From a virus, in IMG/VR virus record IMGVR_UViG_3300025853_000046, positions 1 through 64,000 of that record: DNA of 64,000 nt; one strand, written 5' to 3'. The position numbers and the translations under genes are program-made. Below the pieces are notes generated by a model. That model searched no databases. It had not been told where the DNA came from and worked only from the letters and a program-made list of their open reading frames with translations. Of the stretch, positions 1-7,860 are shown piece by piece (within the stretch, counting starts at the first letter, position 1; each line of letters opens with the position of its first letter).

Positions 1-1051
1 TTCGTAATCGTGTAACAAACCGTTCTTTTTACAACTGTGGAAAAGAATTCAGGAATCTGGCGCAGGAGAACCGGGTATTTACTTTAGTAATGACAAAGAT
101 TGGGGAACGAATCCTTGCTGTGAAATAGCATTGAGACCTTATCAATTCTGTAATCTTACAGAAATTAACGCTTCGTCAGTAACATCAGAATTAGATTTCT
201 ACGGAAGATGTGAAGCCGCTGCATTATTAGGAACTCTTCAGGCTGGTTATTCTGACTTTCATTATTTGCGAGATTGTTGGAGAAAGGCAACGGAAAAGGA
301 TGCACTTTTAGGTGTAAGTATGACAGGAATTGCTTCAAATACTTACGAAAAACTTGGTGTAAATCCTGAAACTTTGTTGGCTTATGGAACAGAAATTATC
401 AAGCAAACTAATAGAATATATGCAGAAAAAATTGGAATAAAATCTGCGAGTAGACTTACATGTATCAAGCCCGCTGGAACTACTTCCCTTGTTTTAGGAA
501 CTTCTTCCGGAATCCACGCATGGCATGATGACTTTTACATTAGACGCATTCGTGTTGGAAAGAATGAGGCAATTTATTCTTATCTTGCCAATGAACATCC
601 TCAACTTGTTGAAGATGAATACTTCTCGCCACATGATACAGCGGTAATTAGTATTCCTCAAAAAGCACCCGAAGGTTCTACAACTCGTAAAGAATCGGCA
701 CTTTCGCTTCTTGAAAGAATCCGTTTGTTTTCAAAGACTTGGGTTCGTAGCGGTCATGTTGATGGTATTAACACTCATAATGTTTCTGCTACGGTTTCAC
801 TTCGAGAAGGGGAATGGGATTTTGTAGGAGAATGGATGTGGAATAATCGAGAATATTATAACGGACTTTCTGTTTTACCTTACAACGGTGGCACATATAA
901 ACAAGCACCGTTTGAAACAATTACTGAAGACGAATACAATGAACTTGTAGGAACTTTGAATAAGGTAGACTTAACACAGATAACTGAACTTGAGGACAAT
1001 ACAGACCTCAAGGGAGAAATTGCATGTGCTGGTGGAGTTTGTGAGATATAA
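1..1051 (+). CDS. nrdJ: Class II (adenosylcobalamin-dependent) ribonucleotide reductase, C-terminal part; 5' end outside window
   Basis: The frame upstream of the listed start at 131 reads LWKRIQESGAGEPGIYFSNDKDWGTNPCCEIALRPYQFCNL (NPCxE motif). Also LGVSMTG, TCIKPAGTTS and the C-terminal redox pair CAGGVCEI. Apparent 1-nt frameshift near nt 15-20. Confidence 0.93.
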
Positions 1052-1088
1052 TAAAAATGTAATAGTATTATCCCCAATTGATAAAGTT

Positions 1089-1277
1089 ATGGAGGATGGA
1101 AAACCTCGTAACAACAATGAGATAGTATCAGCAATAATTGACTTACCCACACATGACGGGGTAAGAAGAAGAATAATACCTACTATAATGCAGGTAGCCA
1201 TGTATTTAAAAAATAACCAAGACAAATATGAATATGAAAAAATTAAGGAGATGAGAATATGGAAAATGAAAATATAA
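1089..1277 (+). CDS. Small hypothetical protein, possibly winged-helix-like; start uncertain
   Basis: ORF in the operon; the listed start (990) overlaps RNR, so the ATG at 1089 is preferred. Confidence 0.5.
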   Translation: MEDGKPRNNNEIVSAIIDLPTHDGVRRRIIPTIMQVAMYLKNNQDKYEYEKIKEMRIWKMKI

Positions 1278-1459
1278 TTTTTAGAGTGACGAGTTTTAAA
1301 TCAAACGGTTCAGTCTGGACAAAGACATACGAAGACGAAAAGAAGTTACTTGAGGTATTGCCTGTGCTTTACACGCAATTCCCTCATGTAATGGTAAGCA
1401 GACAAACATTGAGAAAGCCTCATTTGGAATACCTAAAAGACTTGGGGGATAAAGTATGA
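1259..1459 (+). CDS. Hypothetical protein
   Basis: ORF in tightly packed operon, GGAG upstream, ATGA overlap with next gene. Confidence 0.6.
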   Translation: MENENIIFRVTSFKSNGSVWTKTYEDEKKLLEVLPVLYTQFPHVMVSRQTLRKPHLEYLKDLGDKV

Positions 1460-1704
1460 GAATCGAATTTCACATTGTAGATGATGCCGAACTTCCTCCG
1501 ATTACTATTGCTATGGACAACGATGGCCTACATCCTATATTGTATATTAATCAATATCATAGGATTTGGTTAGGATTAATGAGAAATGCAATTCCGGGAA
1601 TGGCACAACAAATGCAAGATAAACTCACTGAACTATGTGATGGATTCTTGCAGGAACAGATAAGATTTAAACAAGCAGATGAGGCGTTTTTAGATGACGA
1701 ATAA
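1456..1704 (+). CDS. Hypothetical protein
   Basis: Translationally coupled ORF, 82 aa. Confidence 0.65.
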   Translation: MRIEFHIVDDAELPPITIAMDNDGLHPILYINQYHRIWLGLMRNAIPGMAQQMQDKLTELCDGFLQEQIRFKQADEAFLDDE

Positions 1705-3007
1705 AATAGAAAAATTGAGAGAAAGAATAAAAGAAAATGGTGGAAACTTATATCGTGTAACTATTTCTCAACAACAGCAACAGTTGACTAATTTTTGGTC
1801 TACAGTTAGCACACATAAGGAATCTGCTCATTATTATTATAGAAGGAATCGAGGAAATAACGACCATACGGTGAGAAGTGGAAACGACCAATCGGTTAAT
1901 TACTTTGCTAAAACATCCGTTAATGCTATGAATAATGCTTTAAATAGAAACAGTGTAGTATGTTTTATGAATGAATATTGTAATGTAATCATACAACATT
2001 TTGAAAAAAAATACTACATCAATGGAAACATGGTAACAAAATCAAGACTCAATGGTATTATTCCTGCAATTATGATGAGATTGAATATTTGTAAATCTCA
2101 AGAAAAAATGGATAAGGTTATTGATTTGGCTGTCGTTACTGACCCCATTATTTCTTCTGCAATTGTAAATAAAATTGAATACACTTTCTATAACAAAGGT
2201 GAAAAGGTAGTCACATTATTGAATCTGGAAAAGACATCCAAAGAAACTTCAGCCATTGAACTTTATGAAGGTCTTTGGTGTGACTTCAAGGATAGTAAAA
2301 TTAAATCTTTTATCAATTCGTGTAGGGGTAATAAAAATAAATACCTCGGTATAAGTCCCGAAGAACTACATTACGAGTCACGGGGAGAATTTTTAACTGA
2401 TAGTCAAGTTCAAGTCGTATATGCTTTCTTAGAACAGAACCGTAAGTCTTCTTTAGTCGAGAAGCGTAGCATGGAATTGTTCAAGGATTTAACTGAGCGA
2501 TTCAAGGGTAAGATATTTGAGGTTCAAATGAATGTTGAAGGTAGTAAAGGTGTATGGTCTGCGAAACAGGCTATGGCTGTAAAAGGTAAAATATTAGATT
2601 GGGTAGTAGTAGATAGAGGATATAAAAGGGGGCGACAAGATGTTTCAACATATGCTCTCATACCTATGTCTAATTACAGAAAGTTAAAATCGGAAAGAGG
2701 AACTCATAGATGGACTTGTAAAAAAGGTGATAATCAATTAGTTCCCAACATTTCAAATACTACAAATCTTTGGACTTGTAAAACAAGTGAGGAACTTTAT
2801 TACGCCTTGGGGCCAATTTGTATAGACCAAGCACATAGCGGAGTTTCTCTTGGAGACCAATTTGCTGCTCGGTCTATGGCTTTGTTAAATGATATTCATA
2901 GTTGTAGCCAAGTTTCTACTCTTCGTGGGTATGAAAATTATAGACCAGAATTAAGGGTTGATTGGGATGCCGTGTCTTTACTGCAAAGGTCGGAAAAGTA
3001 TAAATAA
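1694..3007 (+). CDS. Hypothetical 437-aa protein with an E2-like cysteine motif in the C-terminal domain
   Basis: Long ORF. C-terminal GPICID (Cys376) resembles the E2 active-site G-x-I-C-L-D, but there is no HPN. Function is inferred. Confidence 0.5.
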   Translation: MTNKIEKLRERIKENGGNLYRVTISQQQQQLTNFWSTVSTHKESAHYYYRRNRGNNDHTVRSGNDQSVNYFAKTSVNAMNNALNRNSVVCFMNEYCNVIIQHFEKKYYINGNMVTKSRLNGIIPAIMMRLNICKSQEKMDKVIDLAVVTDPIISSAIVNKIEYTFYNKGEKVVTLLNLEKTSKETSAIELYEGLWCDFKDSKIKSFINSCRGNKNKYLGISPEELHYESRGEFLTDSQVQVVYAFLEQNRKSSLVEKRSMELFKDLTERFKGKIFEVQMNVEGSKGVWSAKQAMAVKGKILDWVVVDRGYKRGRQDVSTYALIPMSNYRKLKSERGTHRWTCKKGDNQLVPNISNTTNLWTCKTSEELYYALGPICIDQAHSGVSLGDQFAARSMALLNDIHSCSQVSTLRGYENYRPELRVDWDAVSLLQRSEKYK

Positions 3008-3569
3008 ATCTATTGACCTGTATGTTTGTGATAGTTGTGGGTTAATTTCCGCTACAAGAATCATTGAAACAAATAGTGGGGTAGAAGTAGATAGAAACTT
3101 AGTAGAATTATCAATACTTTGTAGTGAGTTTGAGATAGAGAAAACCGAGAGTATAAAAAGAATGTTCCGTTCATCTTATGTTGCCCTTCTGAAAGGTAAT
3201 TATAATTTGTCGGAACTCGCTGTTGCCGTAGTGTTTCTAAATAATAAGTGGCTTAACTTAGCAAAGTTGGGCCGATTCATGGGGATTAAAACAAGACGGG
3301 CTAAAACAGTGGTAGCGAGATTACAGGAAGTTTTTCATATAGATTTAGTTTATTCTATTGAAGAAGCGCATGGTTTCTGTGATAACAACAACATCAATGC
3401 AAAAGAATTAATTACGAATATTGCAGGGCAGATGGAACTAACAAGAGAAGTTCTAATGTCTTGCATATATTTGGCTACCGACTTGTCATACGGTAAGGTA
3501 GCGAGAATGTTTCATGTAAGTGAAAATACCGTATGGCGACATGTAAAAAAAATGGAGAGATATGAATGA
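2967..3569 (+). CDS. Divergent TFIIB/TFB-like transcription initiation factor
   Basis: N-terminal Zn ribbon CLYC...VCDSCGLI. Cyclin-repeat-like segments (LLKGNYNLSELAVAVVFL; LMSCIYLA). C-terminal HTH SYGKVARMFHVSENTVWRHVKKM matching the TFB BRE-binding HTH pattern. Confidence 0.7.
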   Translation: MPCLYCKGRKSINKSIDLYVCDSCGLISATRIIETNSGVEVDRNLVELSILCSEFEIEKTESIKRMFRSSYVALLKGNYNLSELAVAVVFLNNKWLNLAKLGRFMGIKTRRAKTVVARLQEVFHIDLVYSIEEAHGFCDNNNINAKELITNIAGQMELTREVLMSCIYLATDLSYGKVARMFHVSENTVWRHVKKMERYE

Positions 3570-4312
3570 AAAAAACAGTCAAAGAAATGAAATGTGGTTA
3601 TTGTAGTGTTATAGGACATACAGCAAGAACCTGTGAAGATAAAAAGAAAAATAAAGTTAAGGAAGAAAGAAAAACTAGAAGGAAACAGGCCAAAAGATTT
3701 TATTATGCGGATAGTAAAAAACTTTCAAACTTGACTAATAAGTTAACTGAAGAAGGTAAATTGAAATTATTAAACAATGGCACTCTGAATAGTAACCATT
3801 TCTTAGTTCAAACTAAACCTGAAACCGCAATACAAGAGAATCTAGTAGAACCTTTGTTCGCCTTACTTGCAGCAAGAGCCAAGACTGAATCTTGTAAAAC
3901 AGATTACAGTCGTGAACCTCATTTCAAAACCGTGGATAACAAAAATAAGTATTTGGACTATCTACTAACTGTTTCTTTTAAGGGGCATAAATCACCTGTA
4001 AAGTGGTTGATTGAAGCGGAAGCACCTAATCAAACACATAAGGGTATTGAGCAGATAGAAGATTTCTTGGCAGAAGTTCCTAATGTTAATGAATATAGAT
4101 TTATCGTAACTGATGGCTATTGGTATCACTTTTGCTTACCAACAGTAGACAGTGTTTTGGAATGGACAAGTTTTACAATAGACGATAAAACATTCTTGAT
4201 GGATGATTTAGTTACGGGAACGATGTTGGATTTAAACCCAATTCAAAATCTAAAGAAGTTGGGAATGGTAATAGGCATTTTAGTGATTGGCCTTATAATC
4301 ACTTTTGTATAA
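3566..4312 (+). CDS. CCHC zinc knuckle + HsdR_N-like restriction-endonuclease-fold domain + C-terminal transmembrane helix
   Basis: CGYCSVIGHTARTC; ET..ENLVEPLF, LDYLL, LIEAE, EQ, IVTDG motifs; hydrophobic C-terminus LGMVIGILVIGLIITFV. Confidence 0.6.
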   Translation: MKKTVKEMKCGYCSVIGHTARTCEDKKKNKVKEERKTRRKQAKRFYYADSKKLSNLTNKLTEEGKLKLLNNGTLNSNHFLVQTKPETAIQENLVEPLFALLAARAKTESCKTDYSREPHFKTVDNKNKYLDYLLTVSFKGHKSPVKWLIEAEAPNQTHKGIEQIEDFLAEVPNVNEYRFIVTDGYWYHFCLPTVDSVLEWTSFTIDDKTFLMDDLVTGTMLDLNPIQNLKKLGMVIGILVIGLIITFV

Positions 4313-4324
4313 GGAGAGATAAAA

Positions 4325-4882
4325 ATGAAAAAAAATAAAATAATGATTATCGGATGCGGTGGAATTGGTTCGTTCTTAATTCCACTACTTGACCGAGTAG
4401 CGATGTATGATATTACGGTTTATGACCCTGATGTTGTAGAGACAAAAAACTTGACTTATCAAAACTTTGATTACGATGATGTGGGCGTGAATAAAGCAGA
4501 AGCACTGTCGCAAAGATTTAACTTTGAGCCTCAACCTTTTAAGGTATTGACACCTCAACAAATTTCTGGATACGATTTAGTTATTTGCTGTGCGGATAAT
4601 TTAGATGTAAGAAAGATGATGTATAAGTCTGATATTACTTGGCTTGATTTGAGAGCACAGGGTAGAGCAGGATTACTAATCAGTTCTGATGAAGACCCTA
4701 AACTTTACTCAACCTTGACAGCAGGGCCTGAAGGTTCTTTTTCTTGTCAAGGTGACTCATGGGATAAAAGTAATCAAGGTGTTCACTTTACCCATGTAGC
4801 AGTTGCCGGTTACGGTGCTCAATGGGTTCAAAGACATTTTGCTGGAGACTTTACTCCGAAACACATACAGGTGAGCGCATGA
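4325..4882 (+). CDS. ThiF/MoeB/E1-like adenylyltransferase
   Basis: IMIIGCGGIGS nucleotide-binding loop, YDPD, KNLTYQ (SNLxRQ variant), NKAE, VICCADN..R; candidate catalytic Cys141 in FSCQ. Confidence 0.9.
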   Translation: MKKNKIMIIGCGGIGSFLIPLLDRVAMYDITVYDPDVVETKNLTYQNFDYDDVGVNKAEALSQRFNFEPQPFKVLTPQQISGYDLVICCADNLDVRKMMYKSDITWLDLRAQGRAGLLISSDEDPKLYSTLTAGPEGSFSCQGDSWDKSNQGVHFTHVAVAGYGAQWVQRHFAGDFTPKHIQVSA

Positions 4883-4992
4883 GAAAATGGCTAATACGAA
4901 GACAACTTAGAAAGTTAAATAGAGAATATAACAGGGTTTTGAAAGTCTACCCAAAGAAAAAGAAAGACGATGATTACGGAGGCGATGATTAA
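4879..4992 (+). CDS. Unannotated 37-aa basic peptide MRKWLIRRQLRKLNREYNRVLKVYPKKKKDDDYGGDD
   Basis: Exactly fills the gap between ThiF (ATGA overlap) and JAB (TAATG overlap). Confidence 0.6.
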   Translation: MRKWLIRRQLRKLNREYNRVLKVYPKKKKDDDYGGDD

Positions 4993-5726
4993 TGGATAAA
5001 ATAGTAAGAAGAGAAATAATTGGACATGAAGAAGAAGTTACCGAGGATATGATAGACCTGTTCTATGAAACTTGGGAACCGACAAACGACGCAGAATATA
5101 TTGATGAACTCGTAACAAATGATAGATACGAAATTGAAGCAATTATCCGTGAAGAAAATGAAGATGAATGGATTCAAGAAACCTTACAAACATACGGTGC
5201 TAAAATTACACCCAAGTATGAAGGTGGAGTAATGGGTTCTTTCTTTCGTGGAACAGAACCTAAAGGGCCCCTAAATGTTCAACATACAGATATTGCACCT
5301 GAAGTCTGGCAAAAAGAAATTAATACGGTTTGGGAACACTTACTAAGAAAGGGTGAAGATGTTCCTCGTGACCGAAGATTCCTTGATGCTATTTGGGATG
5401 CTTCAACAAATATACTTCCGGGTCTTGAAATATCAGTTATCATAGACCGTAAAGGAAAACTATTTATGAATAGTGGAAGTCCGGGTTATGTAGATTACGG
5501 GGGAGTAAATGTTTCAGGAATGAGTATTCCTATCCGATGTTGGATTCATACTCATCCATTTGGTTATGCCTTTTGGTCTGGAACAGATAATAGAACTTTG
5601 CGTAACTGGAGACCTATTAACCAAGAAGCAATTGTTATTGGAAAAGGAGAACATATGATATGGGAGAAAACAACAGAAGGGGAAAGAATGACGAAGATAG
5701 TAGACCGAGAAGCCTTCGAGTTGTAA
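4992..5726 (+). CDS. JAB/MPN+ (JAMM) metallo-isopeptidase with acidic N-terminal extension
   Basis: Complete JAMM motif E146...H186-T-H188-x7-S196-x2-D199 (LEISV...WIHTHPFGYAFWSGTD). Confidence 0.85.
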   Translation: MDKIVRREIIGHEEEVTEDMIDLFYETWEPTNDAEYIDELVTNDRYEIEAIIREENEDEWIQETLQTYGAKITPKYEGGVMGSFFRGTEPKGPLNVQHTDIAPEVWQKEINTVWEHLLRKGEDVPRDRRFLDAIWDASTNILPGLEISVIIDRKGKLFMNSGSPGYVDYGGVNVSGMSIPIRCWIHTHPFGYAFWSGTDNRTLRNWRPINQEAIVIGKGEHMIWEKTTEGERMTKIVDREAFEL

Positions 5727-6085
5727 GGTTTCCTACTTTTGGAGTTAGGGAAATTGAGTGTCCTGTATGCGAGGGAAACAAATGTATTGTATGTAATGGA
5801 ACAGGATTTTTTGAAATAAGTGGAGAGGTTTGGGCGAGTATTCAACAGCCACATATTATACAATATGTGCATGATAACTTGCCCATCCTTTCTAAGGACT
5901 ATAATACAATTTATGGTTCCGGAATGATTATGAAAACATTGGGTATTCTCAAAAAGAATTGGGAAGTATTAGAGATTAGCAGTCTAATAGGTTCAATGTG
6001 GATATGTATTAATATCCAAACTGCTGAAACAAAACACTTTTATAAAGAAGGAGGACTGAAAAAATGGTTAGTATTAGAGAAATAA
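5660..6085 (+). CDS. Zinc-finger protein (DnaJ-like CxxCxGxG repeat)
   Basis: CPVCEGNKCIVCNGTG. Confidence 0.6.
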   Translation: MGENNRRGKNDEDSRPRSLRVVRFPTFGVREIECPVCEGNKCIVCNGTGFFEISGEVWASIQQPHIIQYVHDNLPILSKDYNTIYGSGMIMKTLGILKKNWEVLEISSLIGSMWICINIQTAETKHFYKEGGLKKWLVLEK

Positions 6086-6345
6086 TGAGAATGTGGAAAG
6101 GAAAGCGTGGTGTCACAACAGATGCGGCAATTGAATTTCAAGAAAGAGCGAAACAACTGATTGAAGCATTGGTTAACTTGTCGAACTATGAAGCACAAAA
6201 GCGTGGTAATAATTCACGCTTGCGTTCAACAGATGTTCGATTGGCATATCTATCAATGTTGGATAACAGAAGTGGGGATGAAGAAGTAATTTCAAGAGAA
6301 CATGAAATGACAGCAGAAGAGTTTGGTGATTGGAATGCTGAATAA
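6064..6345 (+). CDS. Histone-fold protein with acidic C-terminal tail
   Basis: Aligns by eye with archaeal HMf-type histones: IREIMR..GVTTDAA..(long helix)..EAQKRG..RLRSTDVRLA versus RIIK..RVSDDA..HAGRKTIKAEDIELA. Confidence 0.65.
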   Translation: MVSIREIMRMWKGKRGVTTDAAIEFQERAKQLIEALVNLSNYEAQKRGNNSRLRSTDVRLAYLSMLDNRSGDEEVISREHEMTAEEFGDWNAE

Positions 6346-6505
6346 TTTAGTAGCGCAATTGGATGAGGCTATTGATATGGCTGAAAAGTCAAGCCAACAG
6401 GCTTTGCAGAGAAAGTTGCTATTGATTAAAAATTATACTTTAGGATTTACACATGCACTATGGGGTGAAGATAATGTCGAGAATAAAGACAGTGACTCAC
6501 GGTGA
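6323..6505 (+). CDS. Hypothetical protein
   Basis: Short ORF in operon. Confidence 0.5.
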   Translation: MVIGMLNNLVAQLDEAIDMAEKSSQQALQRKLLLIKNYTLGFTHALWGEDNVENKDSDSR

Positions 6506-6713
6506 ATATGAAATACTACAAGCACTACTCGATTCTTCAGTAATTGCTGAAGCAATTGAGCGTGTAAAGTATGACATGGTTCCGACTAATGATGATGTGG
6601 CGGAAAAAAGATTTAGCCAATCAGTAGCAAGTGTGGCTCAATATATGACAAATATGTGTGAACGCCGCCTTCATAGATTGCCAAAAAATCATCCAAACTA
6701 TAAGGAGAAATAA
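6474..6713 (+). CDS. Hypothetical protein (probable paralog of 6919..7233)
   Basis: GGTGA SD before ATG 6474; shares PT..DV..KR[FY]...NM with 6919..7233. Confidence 0.6.
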   Translation: MSRIKTVTHGEYEILQALLDSSVIAEAIERVKYDMVPTNDDVAEKRFSQSVASVAQYMTNMCERRLHRLPKNHPNYKEK

Positions 6714-6715
6714 AT

Positions 6716-6913
6716 ATGAGAAGTGAAGAAGAGTTAAAATCTATGTTATTAAAAGCAGAAGAAGAAGCAAAATATTGGAGAGACCGTTTTCATTCACGGA
6801 CAATGGACACGAAAGAAAATGCAGAATGTTTGCGAAACTATACTGCCTTGCGTGGGGTAATGAAAACTCTTCGATGGGTATTAGAAGAAATAACTATTTC
6901 TCCTTTGAGGTGA
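6716..6913 (+). CDS. Hypothetical protein
   Basis: AAGGAG SD; helical 65-aa ORF. Confidence 0.6.
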   Translation: MRSEEELKSMLLKAEEEAKYWRDRFHSRTMDTKENAECLRNYTALRGVMKTLRWVLEEITISPLR

Positions 6914-6918
6914 TATAA

Positions 6919-7233
6919 ATGTATGATAATGAAGAAGCACCTAAGAATGTTGAAGAAGGAATTAATAGACTTATAGAAAGCATTTTGTGGGAGGTATTAG
7001 AAGATGAGATGGGACTATATAAAAAGTCACCGTTTAGTAATTATCCTACATGGAAAGATGTAGATAAAAAAAGGTATGATAGAGCCGCAAAAGTTTTACA
7101 TAAAAGGTTAAAAAATATGATGGGAAATAAAGAGGAAGTTAAAATACATAATAAGGAAATTGAAACTTCTTCACATGCAAAGTATAATAAGTCTAAAACT
7201 CTCAGGGATTACATGAGAGAACATGTGGGATGA
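6919..7233 (+). CDS. Hypothetical protein with possible C-terminal PIP-like motif
   Basis: GAGGTGAT SD; SKTLRDYM near the C-terminus. Confidence 0.6.
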   Translation: MYDNEEAPKNVEEGINRLIESILWEVLEDEMGLYKKSPFSNYPTWKDVDKKRYDRAAKVLHKRLKNMMGNKEEVKIHNKEIETSSHAKYNKSKTLRDYMREHVG

Positions 7234-7447
7234 TGATTTAGACCAAGAACCTATCGAAGAAGGTAACATTGTAGATATTATAAGTCACGATGGAGTCAAG
7301 CGTGGTAGTGAAATTGTTGCTGTTCATTGTTTCATATGTGGAGAAAAATTTGTAGGGCCAAAAGATAGAGCCGGAATGTTTATTAAAGGACACAAAGAGT
7401 TTCATCAGTGGGAGATTGTTTTATACGATACCCTCGGTGGGCCATAA
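7223..7447 (+). CDS. C2H2-type zinc-finger protein
   Basis: CFIC-x16-HKEFH. Confidence 0.6.
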   Translation: MWDDDLDQEPIEEGNIVDIISHDGVKRGSEIVAVHCFICGEKFVGPKDRAGMFIKGHKEFHQWEIVLYDTLGGP

Positions 7448-7860
7448 TGACATATACAGAAGGACAAATACAAGGCATACTTATAACTTCAGCCTCTCCT
7501 AAATTTCAAATTGTAAATGTTTCCAACGACAGAGGTTGGGAACCAAGATATAATATTACAATTAGAGTTCCTAAACAGATGATAGCATCTTTAGTGAGAG
7601 CCTTAGAACATTTGAATATAAATGGACAGTTAATAAGAGAAAGAGGTCGTAGAGTAGATACGATACTAATTCGGAGGAGAATGGATATTTTACGGATATG
7701 TGACATTTTTCCCCCGAATGTGCCTACAAAGAGTAAAGGATGGACTAAGTTTATCCGTTTAATGGAAAAAGTTCGCAACGGTGAACACATGAACAATGAT
7801 AGTAGATATGAGTTTGAGATGATTAAAAATGAAGAAGACAGAAGAGAAAGAGAAACCTAA
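7447..7860 (+). CDS. Degenerate LAGLIDADG homing-endonuclease-like protein
   Basis: The N-terminal helix QIQGILITSAS lacks the catalytic acid. C-terminal FIRLMEKVRNGEHM...EMIK resembles the LAGLIDADG C-terminal 'HLT.EG...I..IK' region. Confidence 0.5.
   Translation: MTYTEGQIQGILITSASPKFQIVNVSNDRGWEPRYNITIRVPKQMIASLVRALEHLNINGQLIRERGRRVDTILIRRRMDILRICDIFPPNVPTKSKGWTKFIRLMEKVRNGEHMNNDSRYEFEMIKNEEDRRERET

Noticed and set aside
7223-7447. ORF ends LGGP; considered as a Ubl precursor
   Set aside because: It is a C2H2 zinc-finger pattern, and the GG codons coincide with the SD of the next gene
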